Source: Bacteroidales bacterium | Lineage (GTDB): Bacteria > Bacteroidota > Bacteroidia > Bacteroidales > WCHB1-69 | NCBI GenBank assembly: GCA_017616775.1 | Contig: JAFZXM010000028.1 | Location: 2,172 to 66,171 of the forward strand | DNA: 64,000 nucleotides | Direction: 5' to 3' | Part shown: positions 38,801-47,900 of the stretch, piece by piece | Layout of the letters: each line of letters starts with the position of its first letter | How positions within the stretch are numbered: position 1 is the first letter of the stretch | Program-made: the position numbers and the translations under genes | Notes under the pieces: generated by a model | Database searches by the model: none | What the model saw: only the letters and a program-made list of their open reading frames with translations | What the model was told of the DNA's origin: nothing

Positions 38801-40252
38801 ATCACCCAATATGGTGTATTGAAATGCCACCGCCAGTACTTGGTCTGCACTGAGCTTGCTGTTTAAAGATATAAATCCCAATTTGGCGTTGAAAGTATAT
38901 TCCGATGAGGAGAGCAGGCGGGCTGATTCCACTTTTTCGAAATCGGTGCCGGAATTCATGCCTCCGCGGTATGTTTTCAAATAGGTAAATGCGGTGTTCA
39001 AATCCCGCAATTGTGCGTAATTGATGCCGTTAAGCAAATCGTTGGCGTTGCTGTCGGGATATTCCCGCGAAGTGGTTCTGTGCACGCCTTTGTGGTTAGG
39101 GTCAGGCTCGCCCAAATCGGCAATGGCTATAATGTTTCTGTTCTCGGTAACGGCAGCGCCTATGTTCGTTCTCCACACCTCTATTTTTGTGATATTGATT
39201 TTGGAGTTCACCAGCGGCAATGTCTCCAAGGCTTCATTATAGTGGTCGTAAAAATATTGTGCCAAAAAGAAATGCTTGTTGTCTTCATATTCGTCGGCTC
39301 TAAAATCGAAAGTGTTTAATTCCGATCCGCCCGATATGGTTATCGATTTTTTTTCTCCGTCTTGGCGTGCTATAACGGTAGTGAGCATTAATTTGCCGAA
39401 TTGCATTTGCAATTTTCCTCCGAACAGTGTTTGGGAACCCTGTATGAGAGAGCTGCTCAAAGGCATGTTTACATTACCGAATTCAGCCACTTTGATGATA
39501 TCGTCTTCTTTGCCCTGATAGGCTAATTTGAATTTATTTTCAAAATCGAAAGACGCTTTGGTGTTGTAATTGAAATCATAGTTGATTTTATCGCCTATTT
39601 TTGCCTTTAAGTTCAATTGTATATCCGCGTCGAAATCAAACATAGGATTTTTTCTGCGTTTGACATCCAAGGCTTTGTTGTCGTTAAATTGATATACGTA
39701 TTTAAAAAACAATTCAATGGAACCGGAAGGACGAATATCGATAAGATTGCTGCCGAAAATATTTTCAAATATTTCTCCGGGCACGTGTATTTGAGGGATA
39801 ATGCCTCTGCTTTCGTTACCTCCTATGGCGCCGGAACGTTCTCTCCAATAGTCTTTCATGGATTGTGAAATGTCAAAATCCAAATAATCTTCCAAAGACA
39901 TGCTTGCGGGGCGGCCGTTATTCAGGTTGCCTATTTTGTTTTGGAAAGTATAAGTGTTGGTGGAGGGGTCGTAAGTGATTTGTCGGGAGAAGTTGGAAGG
40001 ATTTTTCAAATGCCATGGGCTGTTGCTGTTGGTTCCGAAAGGGTCATAATTGCGGGGAGGCCTGCTTGTGCGAAGTGCTGTACTGTCGGGATCGGGTGTG
40101 TACAATGATACATCATTGGAAAAATAATAAGATACCGATGGCCGGTATAATATATTGTGATCACTTTTCACTATTGTGTGCATGCCGATACAAATACACA
40201 ACAACAGTGTACGGGTGATGATTTTTTTCAAATATGTATTAGTATGTACCAA
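32897..40252 (-). CDS. sprA: T9SS outer-membrane translocon SprA (Sov)
   Basis: 2451 aa single ORF with a signal peptide. The size and the beta-rich composition throughout are characteristic of Bacteroidota SprA, and it lies directly downstream of ruvA. Confidence 0.85.
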   Translation of the reverse strand: MVHTNTYLKKIITRTLLLCICIGMHTIVKSDHNILYRPSVSYYFSNDVSLYTPDPDSTALRTSRPPRNYDPFGTNSNSPWHLKNPSNFSRQITYDPSTNTYTFQNKIGNLNNGRPASMSLEDYLDFDISQSMKDYWRERSGAIGGNESRGIIPQIHVPGEIFENIFGSNLIDIRPSGSIELFFKYVYQFNDNKALDVKRRKNPMFDFDADIQLNLKAKIGDKINYDFNYNTKASFDFENKFKLAYQGKEDDIIKVAEFGNVNMPLSSSLIQGSQTLFGGKLQMQFGKLMLTTVIARQDGEKKSITISGGSELNTFDFRADEYEDNKHFFLAQYFYDHYNEALETLPLVNSKINITKIEVWRTNIGAAVTENRNIIAIADLGEPDPNHKGVHRTTSREYPDSNANDLLNGINYAQLRDLNTAFTYLKTYRGGMNSGTDFEKVESARLLSSSEYTFNAKLGFISLNSKLSADQVLAVAFQYTILGDTTVYQVGQFSNEVETPNCLVVKLLKSTSVNTQLPMWKLMMKNVYTLNTYQLSNEDFRLNILYRGEEGGIAKGYFSDVAEDLQGIALIRLLGMDRLTRQLEAAPDGLYDFVDNAATDGGTMQSNTGRVYLPLVEPFGKDLRAVMASDPAAAEKYAFDSLYTQTKILAQQYPDKNKFYLEGSFKSTAGASVSLGMTSIAEGSVVVTAGGITLKENTDYKVDYNMGTVTITNESYMNSGTPISISVESQNMFSQKKTFFGLNAEYTFNKNIMAGFTVLNLRERPIDGTVKVDFGEEPINNTIWGMNMAYQKNSRWITKILNYLPFYSSTTDSRFQFSGEFANFVPGHSRLIGRGNKADLYIDDFEASKSSYDLRSMLMWKLASTPQGQTQRNMFPEGATGTALAYGYNRALLAWHIIDPLFHNKEDERYFNGAIDANARSQTYSRRVKVVEVFPNRPVVTTSGEDPYISVLDLAFYPDERGPYNYDVQPTAYSSGLNYDGSLANPKSRWGGIMRKLDITDFETSNIEYIEFWMLDPFLDSGSHSGGKFYINLGDISEDILRDGRKSYEHGLAADGSNDGADYTIWGRVPVNQSIVSAFDNSISSRRYQDVGYDGLYDSLEREHFSSYLASVKGMVDPNVFSKFNNDPSGDNYHYFRGSDYDAAYLSILDRYKYYNQAEGNSPTDNDQTESYSTQATTTPNMEDINNDNTMSEDERYYQYEMELTPATMNVGENYITDIQESTVSLANGNVEKVKWYQFKVPVRQPDLVVGGISGFSSIRFIRMFLKGFDEPVVLRFAALELVRGDWRTYTKDLREDGGYPTNISDNTTFEASTLSLEENSKRTPIPYKMPAGVAREKTLVGQSEKELNEQSLTLKVINLSDGDARAVYKNTNYDYRRFGTLKCYLHAEKVDDADVLEKGDIKFFIRLGSDFTENYYEYEVPFDLTEWGETDTADIWPQSNYINIELQKLIDAKQDRNIATRYQGTIALTDIYSVWDGANKISVVGSPNLGEVKVIMMGLRNPRKQSLNDNDDMDTKSVEVWVNELRLGNFEEKGGWAALGQARLDLADFGDISLSASITTAGFGSLESSTYDRSQETTTSIALSTTLQLGKLLPEKWAVSIPLHYDFSRMVSSPEYNPLNPDVKLKNDLKTYRTEQERDSIKRQSTGMVQRQNFNLMNIHKDKGNSDKKDHFWNLENFDISYAYTEKKSYDIDMEYDNEKTHRGSFAYVYNANPKKLQPFNKLKKYKWLQLISDINLYPYPKSFSFETDVYRLFSESKIRNKSVGDIIIEPTFIKAFEWNRDYALHWDICEGLKLDYKATAKALLTDPQGRIDTKVKKDTVWRSFGNGGKMNDYTQSFSASYQIPINKIPIFSFISSNVSYASTYGWTASAEAVSYLGNNLENTNTKRLNVIANFTNLYNKSKYLRKVNQRTFGGSLKDKPIVKSKQDNKNTPDPKKLNKTSQDTVKQDNAKKPQDKKDKKNVGKEVLDNVLRLVMLVKNVQFTYTEGNGINLPGYSLTPQFIGLDPSHNGAPGFLFAFGHQDDNLRFRAGQNGWLTSSDLLNTPYMSRHNTNLTMKVQLEPIKDLKIDLTGSRTFSSVKQSYYLCDSNGVYADYTPQNTGGFSITTICIGTLFEKDASGKLNLFAFRGKNNSNSDLTGTSDRYKSANFEKFKSNRLTIATRLAEYRKGRRADYDMGTDPFPDGYGELNQDVLMYSFLAAYTGKNADKQNIQSPFIKIPLPNWRITYNGITKIPGVNKIFQSINLTHAYTCVYQIGGFATNVAYVADNGDLQDIRDALDNFIPAIETGTVTITESMNPIIGIDMSLKNSFQFKMEWKKTRSVTLAMTNFQITEVSNDELIFGAGYRFKNLKITFDFAGVRRQTDGELQLRLDFSIKNNKTVLRKIEEATNTPSAGQNILSIALSAEYQITKNFFVKAFYNHVLREPHLANQFKNVNLEAGVSLKIMLSQM

Positions 40253-40261
40253 TGTTTATTC

Positions 40262-40849
40262 TTATAACAATTTTAAACTTTGCTTAATAATGTCTTCCAC
40301 CGATAAAGAACCGTCGTTATTGCCGATTACTTTATCCACAGCTTTTTCTGCAGCGGTTTTTGCAAAACCAAGCGAAGTCAATGCTGATAACGCTTCTGCC
40401 CGCAAATTATTGTCCATATTTGAAAAAATATTGGCATCCACCTCAATTTTAGAGACTTTATCTTTCAATTCTATCGTGATGCGTTGTGCTGTTTTTCCGC
40501 CTATTCCTTTAATGGTTTGCAGTGCGGAAGCATTGCCGGAGGCTATGCAGGACACCAATTCCGATACGCTCATGGCCGACAGCATCATTTGTGCCGTTGA
40601 AGGACCTATTCCCGATACATTGATAAGCATTCTGAACATATGCCGTTCTTCTGCGGAAGAAAATCCGAAGAGCACATGGGCGTCTTCTTTAATCTGAAGA
40701 TGTGTCAGCAGTTTGCACTGCCGGTTAATTTGCGGCAAATGGCTGTAGGTGTTAAGGGAAATATGTATCATATATCCTACACCGGCACATTCTATCACTA
40801 CGTAAGTGGGTGTTTTTTCGGTGATGCTTCCGTTGATGTAATCTATCAT
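40262..40849 (-). CDS. ruvA: Holliday junction DNA-binding protein RuvA
   Basis: MIDYINGSITEKTPTYVVIECAGVGYMIHISLNTY..., HhH region INVSGIGPSTA...IKGIGGKTAQRI. Confidence 0.95.
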   Translation of the reverse strand: MIDYINGSITEKTPTYVVIECAGVGYMIHISLNTYSHLPQINRQCKLLTHLQIKEDAHVLFGFSSAEERHMFRMLINVSGIGPSTAQMMLSAMSVSELVSCIASGNASALQTIKGIGGKTAQRITIELKDKVSKIEVDANIFSNMDNNLRAEALSALTSLGFAKTAAEKAVDKVIGNNDGSLSVEDIIKQSLKLL

Positions 40850-42309
40850 GACTTGTGTGTTATTTCGTTAATGGCTTCGTTCAATATTGCTTGAATGTCG
40901 GTTTCCTGCATTTGAGGCAACATGTTTTGTTCTGTAAGTATATTGATTGTTTTTTGAGCATCGGAGATATCTTGTTGAGCCATATCATATACCTCTTTTT
41001 TGGTGAGCGGCAGTCTGGCCAATCCTTCTTTTCGGGCCTGCATGGCCACTTCGGCAGCTACATAAGGGAATACATCGTTTTCGCTCATTTTGGGAATGAT
41101 ATTGTCAACGGTTATGCCTCTTTGATAAGCAAAGTCTGCTATGGCATGGGCAGCGGCTATGGTCATGGTGTCTGTTATTTTGCGTGATTGCACCGACAGC
41201 ACTCCTTTAAGTATGGAAGGAAAACAAACGGAATTGTTGACCTGATTGGGAAAATCGCCTCTGCCGGTAGCCACTATATATGCGCCGGCATCTTTGGCGG
41301 CATAAGGATAAATTTCAGGAACGGGGTTGGCGCAAGCGAATACAACGGGTTTGGGTGCCATCAGTTGTATCCATTCCGGTTTGATGGTGTCTGGCCCCGG
41401 CTTGGATAAAGATATGACCACGTCGGCATTTTTAAAAGCCTCTTCAATAGAGGTGATACATAAGGGATTTGTTTTTTGGCATAAATCCCATTGGCGGTAA
41501 GCCATAGGATTGTTTTGATAGTCGGTGCGGTGAATATTCAAAGAGCCGTTGATGTCAAACAGGATGATATTTTTGCCCTGTGCCCCGTCGGCCATAAGCA
41601 GGCGGGCTATGCTGGAATTAGCGGCTCCGGCGCCGAAAAGCACTATTTTTGCTTCCTGAATTTTTTTTCCTGTCAAACGCAGGGCGTTGGTCAAGCCGGC
41701 CAAAGTAACGCAGGCCGTACCTTGGGCATCGTCGTGCCATACGGGAATATCACATACTTTTTGGCAGTCGTCCAATACTTTAAAACAATTGGGGGAGGAG
41801 ATGTCTTCCAAATTGATGGCCCCGAAACTGTGCTGAACCATGCGGGCAAAGTTGACAATATTGTCAGGATTGTTGTTGCCCGTTTCGTCACGGCTGTCTA
41901 TGCACAAAGCCATAGCGTCTATTCCGCCCAGATATTTCATCAAAAATGCCTTTCCTTCCATTACGCTCAATCCGCCGGGAGGAGTACAATTGCCGTCTCC
42001 CAATACTCTGGTGCTGTCGGATAACACCGCCACCAGGTTGCTCCTGTTGGTATAGGTGTAAGAAAGGTCGTTATTGTCCCGAATGGCAGTGGATATGGCC
42101 GATACTCCGGGAGTGTACCATACATTGAACCAATTATAACCGTTTACGGGAACTTTGGGAACGGTTTGCATTTTACCCTTATAGTATGCATGTGCTTTTA
42201 ACGCCAATTTTTTTAAAAATAGGGTTTTGCACGCCGATACCTGCTCTTTGGTAAATGTGTTTGGAAACAAATCCTGCAAATTGCTTAAATCTTTTTGTAT
42301 TAACATCAT
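40846..42309 (-). CDS. NAD(P)-dependent malic enzyme (no PTA-like domain)
   Basis: 487 aa. YTPGVS, VLSDSTRVLGDGN, FGAINLEDISSPNCF and LFGAGAANSSIARLL (Rossmann fold). Overlaps ruvA by 4 nt. Confidence 0.85.
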   Translation of the reverse strand: MMLIQKDLSNLQDLFPNTFTKEQVSACKTLFLKKLALKAHAYYKGKMQTVPKVPVNGYNWFNVWYTPGVSAISTAIRDNNDLSYTYTNRSNLVAVLSDSTRVLGDGNCTPPGGLSVMEGKAFLMKYLGGIDAMALCIDSRDETGNNNPDNIVNFARMVQHSFGAINLEDISSPNCFKVLDDCQKVCDIPVWHDDAQGTACVTLAGLTNALRLTGKKIQEAKIVLFGAGAANSSIARLLMADGAQGKNIILFDINGSLNIHRTDYQNNPMAYRQWDLCQKTNPLCITSIEEAFKNADVVISLSKPGPDTIKPEWIQLMAPKPVVFACANPVPEIYPYAAKDAGAYIVATGRGDFPNQVNNSVCFPSILKGVLSVQSRKITDTMTIAAAHAIADFAYQRGITVDNIIPKMSENDVFPYVAAEVAMQARKEGLARLPLTKKEVYDMAQQDISDAQKTINILTEQNMLPQMQETDIQAILNEAINEITHKS

Positions 42310-42425
42310 TGTAATTCTGTGAATTATGTTGTATTTGCAAAATAGGTAAAGGTATAAAAAATATCAATACGAATCCGCATTATTGCTGATTTTTTTATTT
42401 GTCATTCATTATAAGTCAGTTAAAA

Positions 42426-42433
42426 TATTTTTG
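42426..42433 (+). promoter_or_regulatory. -7 box TATTTTTGCA preceding a short hairpin/terminator (no ORF)
   Basis: Exact extended motif, followed 18 nt later by the hairpin at 42451-42484. Confidence 0.35.
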
Positions 42434-42450
42434 CAAGGGCAAAAGATGAT

Positions 42451-42495
42451 AAGGGGTATTTTTTCCCGAAAAAGCTGACCCCTTATGTTTTTTTT
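42451..42495 (+). terminator. hairpin plus T8 run (candidate terminator or attenuator)
   Basis: AAGGGGT ... ACCCCTT outer stem with an inner TTTTC/GAAAA stem, then ATG and TTTTTTTT (42488-42495). Confidence 0.4.
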
Positions 42496-42498
42496 GTA

Positions 42499-42506
42499 TA
42501 TTTTTG
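42499..42506 (+). promoter_or_regulatory. -7 box TATTTTTGCA for the GT-C/TPR gene
   Basis: 33 nt upstream of the ATG at 42539. The track start at 42485 precedes the box and is rejected. Confidence 0.5.
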
Positions 42507-42538
42507 CAAATTTATTTTTCATTAAAAATATTAGGCAA

Positions 42539-44836
42539 ATGGCTATAAAACATCATAAAAAAGAGATTGTAACGGAGCAAACGGATAATAAAGGCAAATC
42601 TGAAAACAATACAGGCGGCGAAAGTAAAATATACCGTACCATATTTTATATAGCAGCCGCTGTATTCTTTGTGCTTGCACCCGTGTTGAGCTTGAATTCA
42701 GGCATTTCAGGTGATGAAAAGTCAAGTTATGTGCATTCTTCCAGAGTGTACGATTATTTTGCAAAAGGCGATACCGCCGCATTGAATACGCAAGGCGACC
42801 CGCTTACGCAAAATCTGGAATACTACGGGCAATCGTTTGACAATTTCACTTATTTGTTTATCAAATGGTTCCATATAGAGCATCCTTATGAATTCAGGCA
42901 TGTTTGCAATGCTTTGGCCGGTTGGTGCATCGCCTTTGTCATCGCTTTGCTGTTGGCAAAAATATGTGGTTATAGAGCAGCTCTGCTCGGGTTTTTGATG
43001 CTGCTGCTTTCACCCCGTTTTTTGGGACATTCTTTCAACAATCCCAAAGACATTCCTTTTGCCTTAGGTTACACCTTGGCCATTTATCAAATGATATTGT
43101 TGGTAAAAGAATTGCCCAAAACAAGTGTCAAACGGTTGGTTTACATTGCATTGGGTATAGGTTTGGCCAACAGCATCCGTATAGGAGGCCTGATGTTGGC
43201 GGCCTATCTGATGTTGTTCTGCGGAGTGTGGTATTTCTTTGTCAACAAAGAAAACAAATGGACGGAACAACAATTTTGGACCAAAGGATTGGTATTGATA
43301 GCCAAATTGGCAGCAGTGAGCCTGGGGGGATTCTTTGTCAGCATCATTCTGTGGCCTTATTTGCAACAAAGTCCGTTTAGCCATGCCAAAGAAGCTTTGG
43401 ATTTGATGGAGCATTATAGCGTGAATCTGAAACAAATATTCGAAGGAGTGAATATATGGTCAACCAACGCCCCTTGGTATTATTTGCCGAAATACATATT
43501 CATGACCATCCCCGAAGCGGTGATATTGGGTTTGATTCTGTTTTGCTGTTTTATAAAGAAGATAGTGAAAAAACAAGGGGGCATCATTGCCTTTATCATC
43601 GTTTTTTCCTTTGCTTTCCCCATATTGTACATCATATATAAAGCCTCCAATGTATATGGCGGATGGCGTCATGTATTGTTCACCTATCCGTTTTTTGTAG
43701 CGGCAGCCGCCTTGGGCTGGGAACATTTGTATGAATATGCCAAACCCAAAATACGCCCGCTGGTACCCGTATTGTTCGGTTTGTTAATGTTATTCCCCGT
43801 AGTGCATATCATTCGCTCCCACCCGCATGAATATGTGTATTATAACCGGCTTTGCGGAGGCATAGCCGCCAATTACGGCAAATACGAAACCGATTATTAT
43901 CAGCATTCCACCAGAGCAGCTGCCCAATGGCTGGATAATTATTTGATAAAAAACAACTTGAAACCCACGCAAGGCAAAAAAATCATCATTGCCTCCAACG
44001 ACCACAAAGCCATAGAATATTATTTCCGCCACGATACGGCCAAAAGTTATGAAGTGAGCTATATAAGATATTATGAACGGGGCAATTCCGATTGGGATTA
44101 TGCTATTTCCATCAATACCTATATCAATGCCTACCAGCTTCAAAACGGAATATGGCCGCCCAAAGGAACCATACACACCATAGATGTGGGAGGAAAACCT
44201 ATCGCCGCCGTCATCAGGCGGGAAAACAAATCGGACTATGCCGGCTATCTGCTGAAATCCAAATTGTCGGACACCGCTTTGACAAACGAAGAACGTTATG
44301 AAGTGCTGCAGCAAGCCATTGCCGCTTATAACGATGCCTATCGTTACGATATGCATAACGAAACGGCCATATTGAGTTTGATAGAATTGTACGCCAACAT
44401 GCAAAGGGTGGATTCCATGCTGTATTTTACCAATCAGTTGGTGAATGTTTGCCCCAATGAAAATTTCTTAAACGTGGCAACCAATGTTTATGGCAATGTA
44501 TATCAAAGTTCTCACGACCAGAACATGCTTAACCAAATATTTGCCCTGCATCAGCGTATGATAGACGAAAATCCGTATTCGGCACAATATTATTACAATT
44601 TGGCCGTGATGTACGTTCAAATGGGCAACCTGAATAAAGGAAAAGAAATTATGGAAGCCTGTATGAAGAAAAATAAACGGACTTTTGAGGCCAACTATTA
44701 TGATGCTGTTTTTCTGGCTCAAACAGGGAGCAGGGATGAAGCATTGACTTTATTGGAGCGCACTGCCAAAAAGTTTCCTCAATATAGTTCAGAATGTCAA
44801 AATGTTATAGATCAAATTATGGGGATAAAACGTTAG
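42539..44836 (+). CDS. polytopic GT-C-fold glycosyltransferase-like membrane protein (PMT/ArnT, GT39-like) with a C-terminal TPR domain
   Basis: Start MAIKHHKKE. The first TM is followed by a loop with GISGDEKSSY (DE motif as in PMT/ArnT loop 1). About a dozen hydrophobic segments run to ~aa 480. The C-terminal ~250 aa carry TPR-like repeats (AQYYYNLAVMYVQMGNLNKGKEIMEACMKKN, FEANYYDAVFLAQTGSRDEALTLLE). Confidence 0.6.
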   Translation: MAIKHHKKEIVTEQTDNKGKSENNTGGESKIYRTIFYIAAAVFFVLAPVLSLNSGISGDEKSSYVHSSRVYDYFAKGDTAALNTQGDPLTQNLEYYGQSFDNFTYLFIKWFHIEHPYEFRHVCNALAGWCIAFVIALLLAKICGYRAALLGFLMLLLSPRFLGHSFNNPKDIPFALGYTLAIYQMILLVKELPKTSVKRLVYIALGIGLANSIRIGGLMLAAYLMLFCGVWYFFVNKENKWTEQQFWTKGLVLIAKLAAVSLGGFFVSIILWPYLQQSPFSHAKEALDLMEHYSVNLKQIFEGVNIWSTNAPWYYLPKYIFMTIPEAVILGLILFCCFIKKIVKKQGGIIAFIIVFSFAFPILYIIYKASNVYGGWRHVLFTYPFFVAAAALGWEHLYEYAKPKIRPLVPVLFGLLMLFPVVHIIRSHPHEYVYYNRLCGGIAANYGKYETDYYQHSTRAAAQWLDNYLIKNNLKPTQGKKIIIASNDHKAIEYYFRHDTAKSYEVSYIRYYERGNSDWDYAISINTYINAYQLQNGIWPPKGTIHTIDVGGKPIAAVIRRENKSDYAGYLLKSKLSDTALTNEERYEVLQQAIAAYNDAYRYDMHNETAILSLIELYANMQRVDSMLYFTNQLVNVCPNENFLNVATNVYGNVYQSSHDQNMLNQIFALHQRMIDENPYSAQYYYNLAVMYVQMGNLNKGKEIMEACMKKNKRTFEANYYDAVFLAQTGSRDEALTLLERTAKKFPQYSSECQNVIDQIMGIKR

Positions 44837-44884
44837 AATGAAAAAATATTTTTCATAATAACTTGTTTATTATCATTTTTTTCG

Positions 44885-44892
44885 TACCTTTG
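44885..44892 (+). promoter_or_regulatory. -7 box TACCTTTGCA for the first giant PKD gene
   Basis: 88 nt upstream of the ATG at 44980. The leader contains the palindrome CAACTTTT-TG-AAAAGTTG. Confidence 0.5.
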
Positions 44893-44979
44893 CAAATATT
44901 TTTAGCATAGGAGGCAACTTTTTGAAAAGTTGTTTCGTCTATGGAGTGAATTAATTTGTAATTAAAGTATTATATTAAT

Positions 44980-47900
44980 ATGAGGAAATTTTTTATTATC
45001 AGTCTCGTTTGTTTAATGTCAGGGACGGCAATGGCGCAAATTGCCGACTTTAGTTGGTATTATACCAATGGTACGCCATGCGTGCCCGGTACGGTTACTT
45101 TTACCAACACCAGTACCAATCCTAGTGATATTCAAAGTATAGATTGGGATTTTGGTGATAATACCACACATGCAACTACTATGGATGCCGTTCACCCGTA
45201 TACCACGGCCGGCACGTTTACTGTTACATTAACGGTGCGTTACAGCAATACCACCAAAACCAAAACGGCTACCATCCGTATGGTAACCCCCGTAACAGCC
45301 ACGTTTACCACTGCGGGAGATACTATTTGTCCGGGAGAAGAAGTGTCGTTTACATCATCTGTTACGGCACCGGGAAATGCGGGGCAAATACAGTCTTATC
45401 TGTGGAGTTTCGGCGATGGTGGTCAAAGTTCACAGGCAAATCCTAAATATGTGTACGACAATGCCGGTAATTTAGTGGTTTCATATCCTGTTACCCTTAC
45501 CGTTACCGATACCAACGGTTGTACTTCTTCATACACCGTGCAGAATGCCGTTCCCATGTGGCAAAAGCCGGAAGTGGATTTTTATGCGTCGGATTCCATA
45601 TTTTGTTACAATAACAATACCACTACGGGTACAGCCACTTTCACCAATAACACGGGCGTTACCACGGGAAACACCTATCAATGGTTTTTCGGTCCCATGA
45701 ATAACCCGTATCAAACAAGTACGGCTGCCAGTCCCACCGTTACTTTTCCTCAAGGAACATATAATGTGACATTGGTAGCCACCTCCCCCAAAGGATGTGT
45801 GGATACCCTCACCAAATACAATTATATTCAAATGATTAACTTTGAGGCACTTTATAATGTTTCCGACACTATCCTGTGCGGGGTGCCTTCCAAAACAGTA
45901 GTACAAGGTTTGAATGTAAGAGGTACCCAATACAAATGGACATGGGGAGACGGGTATGAAAATTTCTCTGCCAACTCCTATCTGGAAAAAACATATCGTA
46001 CATCCGGTACTTTTGACGTGGTGGTACAAGCTACCGCACCTCAGGGATGTATTGCTTATGATACTTTCACCATACACGTGTATGATGATGTCACCGGTAT
46101 TCCTTATGTGATAGATACCAATATGTGTGATCCTGCCACTCCTGTATATTTCTACGATTCTACAGCATATAACTCCAATGATAATTTCGGTTTCAAAAGC
46201 ACATGGTGGAGTTTCGGAGACGGCATGACAGGTGTCGGCGATACCATAACACACACTTATCCCGCATTGGGCGATTACGATTGCCAAATGATAGTGACCA
46301 CACCTTATGGCTGTGTGTTGGATACGGTATTCTTCAGGGTGCACTTCTTTGCCATGAGTGCAAGGGCTGCAGTAATAGATCCCGCACCGCCCAATCCGCC
46401 GCACGGATGTGCCCCGCACTCAGTAACATTGGCCAATATAGTGGACTCATTGGTAACATCATCGCCTATCACTGATTTTATCTGGCGTTGGGATTATTTT
46501 GGCGACACCACCGATACCACCAATTCATTGGATGTGGATGTGCAATCGCACACCTATCAGGATACGGGTGTATATCAAGTGTATGTAACATTAATCAACG
46601 AGCAGGGTTGCAGATATGATGTATATATCAACACCATAATGGTGGGCTATCCTCCTGTATGCAGTTTTGAATTTGATTTCAAAGAAGATTGTAAAGCTTC
46701 CATAGGTTTGAATGTAAGGGCATACGATGTTTTGGACAGCAACGGCAATATCGTCGGTGATGCCTATGCCAATGAATGGACGTGGATAGATCCCACTACA
46801 GGCTCGCCTATAGGTTCAGGTGATACCAGCAGCGTAGGCTTCTCTTCACCGGGATATCATGCATTGCAATTGTCACCCAGTCATAACGGTTGCGGCGGAA
46901 GCGGTCCCACTTTGGACAGTACTTGCTATGTGTGTCCTCCTGTAGTGGCATTCGATAACCCGAAAAATGATATGGACGGTACACCTCCCGAATATTGTGA
47001 TTTTATCAATGTACAATTCGCCAAAACGCATGACAACTGTTTGGGTACAGCCTATCGTTGGGGCTTTGGCGACGGTAGATACAAACAAACATGGTCAGAC
47101 ACTCTGTTGCCGACAGATCCGGATCCTTCGTTCTATTATTGCGACACCGGTGGTGCAGAACCCGGTTATTTGTGTAATTTGGAAGGTGTGATTGTTGCAA
47201 CCTTGTGGGCTGAAAATACCGATTCTTTGGATTCCACAAGTCCTACCTACAATCGTTGCGGATATTGTACCGATGAAACCCAACAGGTATTTTTAATATC
47301 TCCGTATAGAATGAATTTTACCACAGATATGGGAAGTGAAAACGTATATGTGTGTGCAGGTGACAGTATCCGTTTTTGGGATTCCACCGAAGTGCTCAAT
47401 TGCGTTTCGCACGAATTGTGGGGGTTCTCATTTATTTCAGCAGCCGATCCTGCACATGCAGCATGGCCGCTTAATGATCCGTATCCCACTCATGGCTATA
47501 AGCCCGTGGCAAGCAAACGGCCACCTATCGGCGGTACATGGGTCAAATTCTATTATCCCAATAGCTATGTAGCTGTATTACAAGATACATCTTCTTACGG
47601 TAAATGTATATTCACCGATACATTGGTGGTAAATGTATATCCTCAAAGCATTCCGGCATTTGTGTCCAGCCGCACTAAATCCAATTATTATTTCGGAAGA
47701 GATACATTGTGTCTTAACAATCCTGACACGCTGTATTTGAAAGATGCTTCTTTCTCTCCGTTCCCGTTTGAAAACTTGCGTATCACCGGTTGGGAATGGG
47801 TACTTGGAAAAGACACCTCTCATTTGCAAAATCCGGCTTTGGTAGATACCATTTACGGTTTGAAAGACCTTAAATTGACGGTAATCAATGAATATGGTTG

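Noticed and set aside
42447-42479. A 10-codon ORF (MIRGIFSRKS) inside the hairpin cassette upstream of the GT-C/TPR gene, considered as a leader peptide.
   Set aside because: It is too short and has no codon pattern suggestive of attenuation, such as runs of a regulatory amino acid. It cannot be distinguished from chance. The RNA-structure interpretation is retained as a separate finding.
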